Assembly (NCBI GenBank): GCA_013239625.1
Contig: MU053810.1
Span: forward strand, 6,668,122 to 6,732,121
Direction: 5' to 3'
Length of the DNA stretch: 64,000 bases
From: Lama guanicoe
Taxonomy: Eukaryota
Position numbers and translations under genes: made by a program. Under the pieces are notes generated by a model. It was not told the DNA's origin and did not search any database. It saw only the letters and a program-made list of their open reading frames with translations. Of the stretch, positions 13,130 through 24,430 are shown piece by piece. Numbering within the stretch: position 1 is the first letter of the stretch; each line of letters opens with the position of its first letter.

Positions 13130-13247
13130 GCTGTCATCATTTATTGAAGGCTTACTGTGTGCCAGAAACATATTAAGTTATTAATATATATTTTTTTACT
13201 TAATTCTTATAGCAAGCCAGTAACATCAGAGCTATTATTTCCTCATG
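13130..13247. mobile_element. MIR SINE, left half (split by ERV-L)
   Basis: atttattgaaggcttactgtgtgccag...gctattatttcctcat matches MIR up to the core. Confidence 0.65.
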
Positions 13248-16200
13248 TGCATCATTCCGGGCTCTCTAGAGAAACAGAACCAATAACATATATACATATA
13301 TATGTATTGAGAGAGAGATTTATTTTAAGGAATTGGCTTATGTAATTGTGGATGCTGGCAAGTCTGAAATCTAGCCAGGCCAGCATGCTGGAAACTCAGG
13401 CAAGATCTATGCTACAGTCTTGAGAATGGGAAACCTTAGTTTTTACAACTGACTGGAGAAATCCAATCCATATTAATGAGAATAATATCTTTTCCTTGAA
13501 GTCAACTGACTATAAGCGTTAATCACCTCTATAAAACACCTTCACAGCAACACTTAGATTGGTGTCTGACCAAATAACTGGTCACCAGAGCCTATCCAAG
13601 TTGAAACACAGAATTTAATTATCACTGTCCCCCTCTCTTCAACTTGGCAACCATATACATCTACCCAAACCATACTTAACCTCCAGATAAAGACAATGAC
13701 CAAGTCTTACTTCTTCCTAACACAACACAACCATCCTACATACAATCAAACACGTACTAACCATTTCCTTAGAGCAGGACGCAGAGAGCTTGAGTGATCT
13801 GTCTTTTTGATATCCTATAACTTAAATACTATGATGTAAAGTTAATATTACTTAAATACTGTGATACATTTTATGTTATATATTATAAAGGGCTAAGAGA
13901 GGGAAGAAAACAAAGATATTTGCTTTATGCACAGATACAAATATATTCATAACAAAATAAGGAATAAATACTCATAACGATGAAGTCCTCATTTCTGCCA
14001 TTGGTCACCTGGTTGTAGCCAGTATTTATAACTCCTTTCTTCCACTACCGAGTCCCTACACCCTTTGCTTCAGCTGGTCCTGGTTCTTTGCCTGATGAAA
14101 TGAACCTGAGGTGTCTGGACCATTAGCAGTCCTGCCTGAATTGAGTTATTGAAGTTTTGACATTGACTTTAATCACAGAGCATGGCTATACTGACGGGTA
14201 TCCAAAGGGACTGCCTGTATCCAGACACACTCTTCCTTACCTCACTGCATAGTAGCCGTCCAATTCCCCGCTGGTACCTTGGGTTAATCACCTTGGCCAG
14301 GACTGCCACTCCCTTTTTGCCTATTAATACAGAGACACAAGGAGCTCAAACTGGCCCAGTGGTAATCTTCCTTTCCAGTTATTATGTCTCCTGGTGGAAG
14401 AATTCCTCTCTTTGAAAGTAAGACTGCTTGATCAGGAGAGCGTAAGTTGTGAGTACAGAAAATAGCATTTTTGTTACTGGGTCACTATGGGTAATAGTGA
14501 GCACTTCACTCCCATTTCTACCCCTTGATTTCTACACCCATGAACCTGGCTCTTGGGGGTAACAGCACCATATATGGGATGCTGATATGGCACATATACA
14601 GCCTCCCAGAGAACCTTGCCCCAACCCTGCAAGGTACTGCCAAGTACCTGGTGCTGGAACTGAGTCTTTAAAAGGCCACTCCACTGTTCTACAAAGCCAG
14701 CTGCTTTAGGATGATGGGGAACATGGTAAGACCAGTGAATTCCATGAGAATGGGCTCATTGCTGAACTTCACTTGCTATGTGTCCCTTGATCAGAAGCAG
14801 TGCTGTATTGAGTACCATGATGGTGGATGAGATATTATAAGTCCACATAAGATAGTTTTGGCACAGATTTGTATTCAAGGAAGGCAAATCTGTATCCAGA
14901 GTAAGAGTCTACTTCAGTAAGAGCAAAACACTGCTGCTTCCATAATGGCAGTGATCCAGGCTGGTCAACCTGCTACCAGGTAGCTGACTGATCACTCTGG
15001 GGAACGACGGCATACTGAAGACTCAGTGTTGGCCTCTGCTTGGGCACACAGCAGTGGTTGTAGCCACACTGGCCTTGGTGAGTAAAAGTCCATGTTGTTG
15101 AGCCCAGGCCTGACCTCCGTCCCTGCCACCATTGCCACTTTGTTCATAAGCCCATTGGGCAATAACAAGGGTGGCTGGGAAAGAGACTGACTGGTATCCA
15201 GAGCAGATCATCTTATTCACTTGATTGTTAAAATCCTTCCTGCTGAGGTCACCCTTTGTAAGCATTCCTGTAGGACACAAACACTTTCACTTTTCTTTGC
15301 CTATTCAGGGAGGTGTCTCCACACACCTCTTCCCCCGAATTTGTTGCCACCAATATCCCAACCATGTTACTTTCCTGACCTTGACCATCTAGCTAAATAA
15401 CACCCAGTTCATGATGGGCTTCTTAGGTCATCTTGGTGGACCATGGTTGAGTGTCCAGTCTCTACAAAGTCCCGGTAGCAAGCCAAAAGCTGTTTCTCAA
15501 AAGGAGAGTAGCTATCTGCAGAGAATGGCAGGGTTTTGCCCCAAAATTCCAAGGGTCTGAACTATGATTCACCTACTAGGTCTGTCTGCTCCAAGCAGTC
15601 TCTCTATCTGACACTGACAATTCAAGAACCACTGGATCTGCGGGACCTGTTGGTCCAAGGGACAGAGCCTTTTGTTCTGGGCTTCCCCCAAACTAGCAGC
15701 TTTTCTAGTCTCTTGCTACATGGACTGGAGGAGTGTGCGCCAAAGAGTGACACATTGCTTCCCAAATCCAGAGACCCACTAGGCACTGTGCTTGACTTTT
15801 GGGTTTAGTAGGGACCAGGTGTAATAACTTGTCCTTTGCCTTAGAGGGGCTATCTCAATGTGTCCCACACCACTGGACCCCCCAGAAGTTTCCCAGAGGT
15901 GGAAGGTCCCTGAATTTTTGTCACATTTATTTCCCACCCTGTGACATGTAAATCTGTTGCCAATAGTCTAGAGTAGTTGCTACTTCTAGTCCAGTGGTTC
16001 CAATCAGCGTATCATCAACGGGAAGGAATAGTGTGATGTCTTGTGGAAAAGAGGTCTTGGGCAATCAAGGTCCCTGCAGACTCAATGCTGACACAGGGCT
16101 GGAGAACTGATATACCCCTGAAGTAGTCAGTGATGGTGTATTTCTAGCCATGCCAGGTAAAAGCAAACTGCTTCTGGTGGTCTTTACTAACAGGTATGGA

Positions 16201-17966
16201 GAAAAAAGCTTTTTCCTGATCAATAGCTCAGCTACGCACCAGGTACCAGGGGACGTGTTAATTTACTCAAGCAAGAAAAACCACCTTTGAAACAGCAGAT
16301 GTGATTAGAGTCACCACCCGGTTAAGTTTATGATAATCCATTGTCATTCTCCAAGAACTATCTGTTTTTCCCACAAGCCAAATACATGAGCGGAATGGGG
16401 ATGTGGTGGGAACCATCACCCCTGCATCTTTCAAGTCCTTGATGATGCCACTAATCTCTTTGGTACTTCCAGGAATGCATAATGATTTTGGTTTACTGTA
16501 TTCTTGGGTAGAGGTGGATCCAGTGGCTTCCACTTGGCTTTTCCTATGATGCAACACAGATCAGAGAAACAATATGGAGATTGGCTGGTTGCTGAGTACT
16601 TCTACTTATGCACTTTGGAACTGGGGAAATAACAGCACATGATGGGTTTGGAGGCCCATTGTGAGACAAACTTGGGCTAAGATGCTGCTAATCACCTGAC
16701 CTTCATAAGCCCCTACTCTGTCAAACCACAGGGACATTTTGTGGTTTTCTGGAATTAGCATCAGTTCAGAACTTGTGTCCAATCATCTCTGAAAAGTCTA
16801 ATTATTTCCTTTTCCCCAATGCACATCACCATTGCAAAAGGCAGTAGGTCTCCTTGGAGAAGGCTGGGAGAAAGATTAATAGTGTACATTTTTGGCAGTG
16901 TGGTCAGGTCCTTCTCCAGAGGACCTGATCTTTTCAGTTGGGGGATTCTGGGTCTGTCAGTTGGCTCAAGACTGGGAACTGACTCAAGGACCACGACTCT
17001 CTGTTTTGGTGAGTCAAGTTAGACTTCTGCCATTTGACTTAGAACTTTTCCACATATGAAAATCAAGCCAGAATTTAATTTGCATTATAATTCAGCCACT
17101 CACTGCAGAGGCTCTGTGTCTGGTTTTTATAAAGTTCAGCTCTGTGGCTACAGGAGGTAAGGATTTTTTCAAGGCAGACGGAATCTGTCAGGTGATTTAT
17201 GCAGTATGAGAAATGGGAAGTTGAATCCCTGAATTCATCCTTTCCTTTCCTCACCTTGTCCAGAGAGGTTAGGAACAAGAAGCCAAACTCCTTATGGTCA
17301 TTAGTTTGACAAAACATTCTAAGGTATCAAATGTATGGTCATCCGGAACCTTGCCCCCCGTACATATTTGATTAGGAATATTCAATGGGGGTATTTTGTA
17401 CATTTCTATGGCCACATCACACCGTGGGCTACCGGTACTCTCTTTACCATGGGCAAGAGTCATTAGTGCATTTAAATCTACTCAAATTAGAGAACCAATT
17501 CCAGGACCCTCAGAACAAGTTCAGAAAACTCACTGTTAAGATTCTGTTCCTCTAGAGCCAATCTCAGTACCAAAGTCAGCATCAGTCAGAATTCTCCAGA
17601 GAAACAGAATGAATGAGATGGATAGAGAAAGAGAGAGATTTATTTTGAGGAATTGGCTCACACAGTTGTGGAGGCTGGCAAGTCTGAGATCTGTAGGGCT
17701 GGCTGGAAGGCTGGATTTTTCTGTTACAGTCTTGAAGCAGAATTCTTTCTTCTTCAGGAAACCTCAATTTTTGTTCTTAAGACCTTAAAGTGATTGAATG
17801 AGGCCCATTCACATTATCGAGGGTACTCTCCATTATTTAAAGTCAACTGATTGTAGGTAGTGATGGCATCTACAAATACCTTCACAGCAACATGTAGACT
17901 AGTATTTGACAAAACCACTGGAAACCATTGGCTAGCTAAGTTGACACATGAAATTTGATCATTATA
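13248..17966 (-). mobile_element. ERV-L provirus with two MLT2-type LTRs, internally deleted and decayed
   Basis: LTRs ~13248-13626 and ~17578-17966 share tctc(c/t)agagaaacagaa...gagagagatttatttt.aggaattggct...gctggcaagtctga. PBS-like tggtactgagattggctctagaggaac and a purine tract lie inside the LTRs. RT remnant IKDLKDAGVMVPTTSPF..IWLVGKTDSSWRMTMDYHKLN (16267-16557); integrase N-terminal remnant AQWAYEQSGNGGRDGGQAWAQQHGL (15023-15280). Confidence 0.92.
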
Positions 17967-18095
17967 CCATTTAACATATAAAATAACTGAAACTCAAAGA
18001 GATCAAACAGTATGCTCAAACTCATCCAATTAGTAAGTGGTGGAGATAGTTTTTTCTCAGGTCCGTTTCCAGAGCCCAGGGTTTTAACCCCTTGA
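17967..18095. mobile_element. MIR SINE, right half (split by ERV-L)
   Basis: ccatttaacatataaaataactgaaactcaaagag...agtaagtggtggag continues the MIR core. Confidence 0.65.
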
Positions 18096-19826
18096 CTCAA
18101 ATCTCTTCCTTGCCTGACAGACAATGATGCTACTCACTGAGGAACAGAGCTTAGCTGTAGGAGAGGCTTGCTTTTAGAGACCACCAGTAAACACCCAGGT
18201 GAATCCCACGTGTCCTTTTCAAAAGAGTAAGACTCTTATTGCATAATAAACCCTATACCAAGGTTGACGCAGACACAAGCTACAAAATCAAAATAAACGT
18301 CTCATCATTTTCCATTAGCCATTGAATAAGGCAAGAGCTGCTTCAAAGTCTTGGTGAAAATCAGGCTAAGAATCTTTGGTGGAAAACCATGCTCTGGATG
18401 AGTTCATCAAAGATCAGTGGATTTTGGGCTTCTGATTCCTTTTAGGACAGAAGAACAAAATTTAGCTGCATGCTTAGCTTTCATGAGTTACACATAAGAC
18501 AATCAAGACAAGGATCAGGGTAATAGAGAGTATATAAAAGCTATGGGTGTTGTGAATCTGGGAAAAAATAATTCAAATAAAGGACATTCCCGAGAAAATA
18601 GTTTTATTCAACAAACGTGTTTCTAGAAAATCAGGTATTAACTGCATTTAAAAAATATTTTTAAAATGCTTTAGAGTAGTTGCCTATTATCAAGAATCAC
18701 AGTCTGAATTCTTTTGCAGCATGAATAAGCAATTGTTGAAATATATTACATAAATCTAGATTTTTTTATCCATCAGGTTTGCTTAAAGAGAGATCCCCTC
18801 TATGATATTATAACTTGTACTATATAGATCCTAAAGACAAACTCTTCCTTCCAACCTCCATGCTATCAGCAGTCTTCATGACTTCTTTCTAATTTGGATT
18901 CTCTAAAATTCTCTCCTTTTCAATTTATGATTGGGTTGGCATTTATATAAAATGTCAACCTGGTATTTCAGATTGGAGAAGGTAGCAGTTTCTTCCAACT
19001 CTCTCTTACATGGAGGTTAATTCCTGCAATGACTGGAAAGTAAGAGTTGGGTTGTAGGAAAAGGAAAGAAATGAAACATACTGAAAAACTATAGAATGAG
19101 CATTTAATTATGACTGACTTATTACTATTCTTAATAGCATGATCCCTCTGGACAACATTGTTCTTCACTTTAAAGTTTAATTTTAACTTCCACCCCTCTC
19201 TAGGTGACTTCAAATTACCCCAGTGACTATTTTGTTTTTTTCTTGTCTCTTTTTCCAGAAGAAATAGGGAAAGGTCCTGTGGGCAAGTCAGCATAGTGAA
19301 ATGCACAATGTGAAACTGCTAACAGGTAAATAAACTCCAGGAAGTGAGAATTGTTTCTTTTAACTGTCTGAGTGCAAGTTGGCTTGCATCTGCTTCAGCA
19401 CTCTTTGAAATATCTCAGTTACTCTTTTTCTCCTTGCAGGGTGTGCATAAGGTGTAATTTGGAATCAGCTGAGTTCCATACTTGCCTGGGGTTTCTGGGG
19501 TGGTCAAAAAAAGGAGAAGGGAGCTAAAGTTTCTTGAGCTAGACAAGCTATCCACATTAGCTCACTGCATCTTTCATTGACTCTACAATGTAAACAAAGC
19601 TTGTAAGCAAAGAAATATAGACATAAATGCATTTGGGGGGGGGTGGGGAGGATGCCAACCAGCTTGTTGCTCACTTTGCTGCAGTTTAAATCAAAATTAA
19701 AATAAAAAATTAGGGTTGGGGTTAGGATTCAGTTTAAGGCCAGGGACCAGGGTTAGAATTACCTCCATTTTCCAATGAGAAAATTGAACTTCAGAGAGAT
19801 TAAGAAATGTTTCCCACGTCACACAG

Positions 19827-19946
19827 TGTATTTGCTTTCTATGGCTGCTGTGACAAGTGATTAAAAAAAAGCTTAGTGGCTTAAAACAACACAGAGTTAT
19901 TCTCTTGCAGTAAGTTCTGTAGGTTAGAAGTTCAATATGGATCTCA
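19827..19946. mobile_element. MaLR (MLT1-type) LTR fragment
   Basis: tgtatttgctttctatggctgctgtgaca...agtggcttaaaacaacaca...ttctgtaggttagaagttcaa is a typical MLT1 terminus. Confidence 0.65.
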
Positions 19947-22919
19947 ATTTTTTAAAAAAGTGAACATTTATGAACAGAAAGAAAGGTGCTTAAATTAGAA
20001 GACACTGAAATAGTAATAATGGGCAAGTCAAAGTTGTCCCTGTCTCCCAGAGGGGTGGAGGCCTGGGAAGAAGACCAGAGCACTGATGGAGCAGGGGGAA
20101 CCACATTTTCTCTGTGTATCTAAGCATGGGATACCCCTGCTGTAGTTTGTACAGATGCTCATTCTTTATTCAGTGTTGCTCTGGAAGGCCCTTTCAGCAA
20201 ACCAAACCTCTAAATGAGAGGGAACATTTTTAAGTTGATGTTAGGGATAGTAACTGGATTTCCCCTTGTGAAGGTCATTTTCTAGAAATCTGCTTTAATT
20301 ATTCCTTTAGAACCGCTGGGCATGGGATTTGATTCACACACAAAAATTAAAATGCCTTACGTACGTTTTTTAATGAACTATGTATCTCTGTTGGGTTTGT
20401 TTCACATTCGCCGGGTTGTAGAGCCCTTAAGGCGTGGGAGTGAATTTTCTTTGGGTGAGCACGACACGTTTTATAGTGGCCTCACGTGACTCCAGGGACA
20501 GAGCCCCTTGGGCTCCCCATGGGTGCTAGGGCTGTATGTTTTACAGATGAGAAGTGGTTGTGTTGAGTGTTGATTACGAGTGTAATCACTGTGCTATGGC
20601 TTCATGATGCTCACAGAGTTTGTTCAAGTTTCTTATCTTTTTTATCTGTACACTTCAGCGCCCCAGGCTGCCCTGTTTGTTGAGGACGCTTGGTCCTTCC
20701 ATCAGCTGTTTTGCATTTTCCTGACCCCGTAACTACTCATCTCTGCTGTTATCTGCGCCAGTCACAGCTTCAGCTGTCCCTGTTAACTGTTTCATTTCTT
20801 CCTGGCTGCCTCTTATTTCCCCTCCCCTTTTTTTCTTGCTCCTTTTCTGATACTTCTCACTTTGATGCTACTGACACTGGGTTCCAACAACCTCTTCTAG
20901 GTTCATCAGGCCTCTTCTTTCTCACTGGGCCTCCGGTACTTTTTGTGTTTTCAGCATTTCTTGGTCATTTTGGCTACAGGTCACTGTCAGGTTTGGGGCT
21001 GTTCCTGAGCTCCGAGGCTGTTAGATCTCCCATACATGGAAAACATGGGTATCCTATTGTGAAAAAAAAAAAAAAACAAAAAACCAAGATGATTAAACCA
21101 AAACATCAGAGGAAGCTTAAAAGGAGAATTTTAAAAATAAAAAAAATGTGGCTGCTAAATGGTATTAAATACTGGATAATTTACTTCTATTTAATTTATG
21201 TTTGGGATACAAATGAAGCAACTGGATTACTAGAATCGTGTTATGCTAAGTGAATCTGGAAACAAGCATATATGTAGTCTCTTAATGAACTAAAAAATGG
21301 GAATAAAGAAGATTAGATTTTAGAATGGGATGTGCTTTTAGAGGACACACTGATGAGTAAGATGCCAGTCAGAATTCCCATAACAATGAGCCCTTTGAGC
21401 TGAGGAGAGAGGACCTATGTAAATGCCAGGTTATTTTTATATCCTTGATACTTAAGATCCTCCAGAAAGGTCAAGCATTAGCCAAAGAGAACAGAATGTT
21501 TTCAGCTTTTAATGGACCAGACTCATTCATTTAGAGGAAGCTTACCAGGAGTCTCCCAGACAAAGTAGATAAACAAGGTTGCAAATTTCTACCAAAATTA
21601 TTAATACCTTGAGTTGGTTTTAACACTTACAAATTGATCTCAAGAGGATTTGAATCAATCCACAAATAACTTTGTGTTCATGTGGCAGATCTGTGGACTG
21701 AACAGATTTGGAAAGAATATTATGCATCTTAAAGATGGGGACCATGGTCTTTGAAATTCAGTTCTCCGTTTATAGAAGGCGGCCAATGAAAACCCGTTGA
21801 ACTCAGCAGGTTGGAAAGAAATGTTAGCCCAGAGTGGAAAACTGGATTATGAGTTACAAAGAAGTAGACTGTCATTTCATCCTCTTCTTGCTTGACTTTA
21901 ACATTGGAAATAATCTCTTGAATTGTCTAATTCGAATATTAACGTTAAATCATCTCTAAGAAAAAGTAGCAGCACCCTCACGATGAGCTCATGCTCAGTG
22001 TTCCTCTAGATTTTGTCTTAGACTCTTGATTGTAAAACTTATAAAGGGAGTATTCTTGAGAAACTTTTGACTTTTTACAAATTGCTCTCTTGGAACTTAG
22101 ATTACCTCTTGGGACCACCCACTGCCCATGCCACAAGCTACCAACAAGGCAGGAAAAATGATGCTTTATTATCTTTTTTCAGCTGTTCAGGGCCAAGTGT
22201 ACATTCTGAATATCAATGAAGTAAGTTATATTCGTGTTGGTTGTGTCATAAGAAAGCCTAAAATGCCGTGATCATCTTGGATCAAGGGGATTAAAACATA
22301 TAGAAACACAGACTTCAAAATGAATTACTTGATGTTATTTCTCAGCACATCACTTTCTGCAATGTCACTTTTAAGAGGGGGTGGCCACTCAGGTAGGTGG
22401 ATTAAAGGTAGTCAGAAAATTGAACTCTGTCCTTCAACGTGTACACTCCACGGGGGTGTTACAGCAGCATGATCTTTATCACAAGAGGCAGATCACTTCA
22501 CTGTGTACATTCTTTCTTCCTCAAGTGCCCTTATACAAGTCAAACTTTCTGGGGGCACAAAGCCCACCACCATTAGGAGGTTTACTCAAAATGAGGTTCA
22601 GACCTCTAGTATCACTGTCATAGTTCCTGATAAAGCTGGCACATTCCAAGAGTAGACTCATAATCTATATTTAAAATGAGCCTTCCACTCATCGGTCGCT
22701 CTTAAGAAGCGGGTACCATGGAGTTATGGTATGACAGAGAATAGATACCTCATAGACAGAATGGTATCCTTTCTAACAAAGGACAGTTGTCTCCTCAATA
22801 ATTATTCTATCTGTGGTATTTCCTGCCCCTCACATACCTCCATGGCTGACAGGTCCAAAGCAAGGACTAAAATGATGGAGTTTAGGCTACAGTTTGGTCA
22901 ACCAGTTGGACTTTCAATC

Positions 22920-24430
22920 AGCTTTCAGGGTTAAGCTGTGGTAACAAACAACCCTAAATTCTCCATGGCTCCCAAAGTTTTATATTTTGTTTGTATTATG
23001 TTGGCTGTGGAACAGGTGTGATTTTGCCAGGTTCTGTTTGGCTCTGCTCCACACGTCTTTTTTATTCTGAGATCTAGGCCAAAGTAGAAGTGTCAATTTA
23101 GGCCACGGAGTTCTTGAGACAGAGAGAAAACAACTAAGCCAGGACCACAGGAAGAGTCTTAAAGCTCTGCTTGAAAGTGGCCAAGCCTGCCATCGACAAG
23201 GGAAGGAAGTACTCTCCTCCTCGGGTAGGGCTGGCAAGTCATATGCCAGTGAGGAAGGACGTGTGTTTATTATGCTTGCAGGGTAATATTCCCTGAAATT
23301 GGCTTTCTAGTCCAGGGTACTTTATGGCTTTTGGCTCTACCCTCTGGGAAGGCCTTCTTTGTCCATGATTCTCCCTGGCCATGTATGAATATGACTTTGG
23401 AGAATACACATACCTCGGAAGTATTGCAGGTGTCTTCCTACTTATCAAAAGCTCGGGGCCCAAAGGTCATTCTGTATCTCAAACTGCCATACTCTCTTCT
23501 TTCCCAGTTAACCAGAAGTCCTAGTTTACAGCTCTTGCCTCCATATAATTAATAATGCCTCTTTCTTTCTTAAAGTGCTCCAGTTTGGTTGATAAATGAT
23601 ACAATGACTTCACTTTTATCCTGCAAAAATTTTCACAAAAACCCATCCAGCTATTTATACATTTCATGTCTAGCATCACCATGTGCCAATAACCACATTG
23701 GCAATTCTTTTTGAATTTCTCTCTAGATTCATTTAGGGGTACCTTGAGCTTACCAGCCTTCCGTGAGAGAGCTACACCCCTATTTACTTGTTCATGAAGC
23801 ATTTTATTCATGTGAGGTGATTTACTGGGGGACAACTCAATTTAGATCTTTGCACACAGGCTGAGGTGTAATTGGCCCTTGGCTCAAAACTTTCAACTTT
23901 TACCAGTTGGACTTGAGAAATAGTTCCTCTTCCCAGCCCTGTGAGTCCCAGAACTTCTGGATTCTCTATACTCCTTTCAATTTTGCTTACAGTACAGCCA
24001 ATTCCTTTCTGGGCTCGTCTCTTTTTTGTGGTATCTTGTCCAAGTGCAGTCAATGGCTACCAACACTCCGTTTTCCCAGTTTCTGTCTAAAGTTACACAT
24101 CTATTAGGGACATTATCTGCTTCTAAGTTTAGTATAAGCAACAGTTTTACCAAATGTTTGGCCACTAAAAACGCCAACCTCTAGTTACAGTTTCCTTGAC
24201 ACCCACTCTCTGGCCTTAAAATCAATATCGCATATTTTATGGGTTTTGTTGTTACAGCAGCAGTCTAGTTCTTGGTACTGATTTCTGTATCAGTTAAAGC
24301 TTTTTTTTTAGGTTATAGTGTGATACAAACAACTCATGTGTCTCAGTGGCTTACAGTCGAAAAGGCTGATCTCAGTACAAACTGTCTGCAACATGCCAGC
24401 CACTCTGCTTAGCTCTGTCCCACGTGTCTC
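22920..24430. mobile_element. Decayed MaLR (MLT1-type) sequence
   Basis: MLT1-like termini at ~22925 (gctgtggtaacaaacaaccctaaa) and ~24290; boundaries approximate. Confidence 0.4.

Larger units (their letters stand above)
4300..22661 (-). pseudogene. Putative unprocessed (unitary) pseudogene of a PKD1-like polycystin (PKD1L2/PKD1L3-type architecture), heavily decayed
   Basis: Collinear fragments on the minus strand: C-type lectin halves (22559-22385; 22160-22065), GAIN-like exons (19032-18960, 18438-~18300, ~10400-10300, ~8166-8070), GPS (VLRQHCPCVSGQHLKIISTMLIP*LV, ~6585-6508), TM1 (~6480-6400), PLAT (~6330-6040), post-PLAT (5858-5817), TM2-3 (4540-~4300). Several fragments have polypyrimidine/AG acceptors or GT donors. 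Many stops and frameshifts. Alignments are by eye from memory. Confidence 0.65.

Noticed and set aside
20485..20510. LCPWS motif as an extra GPR158 VCPWE repeat or exon
   Set aside because: Single short match beyond the poly(A) site, closed by a stop five codons later; probably chance.
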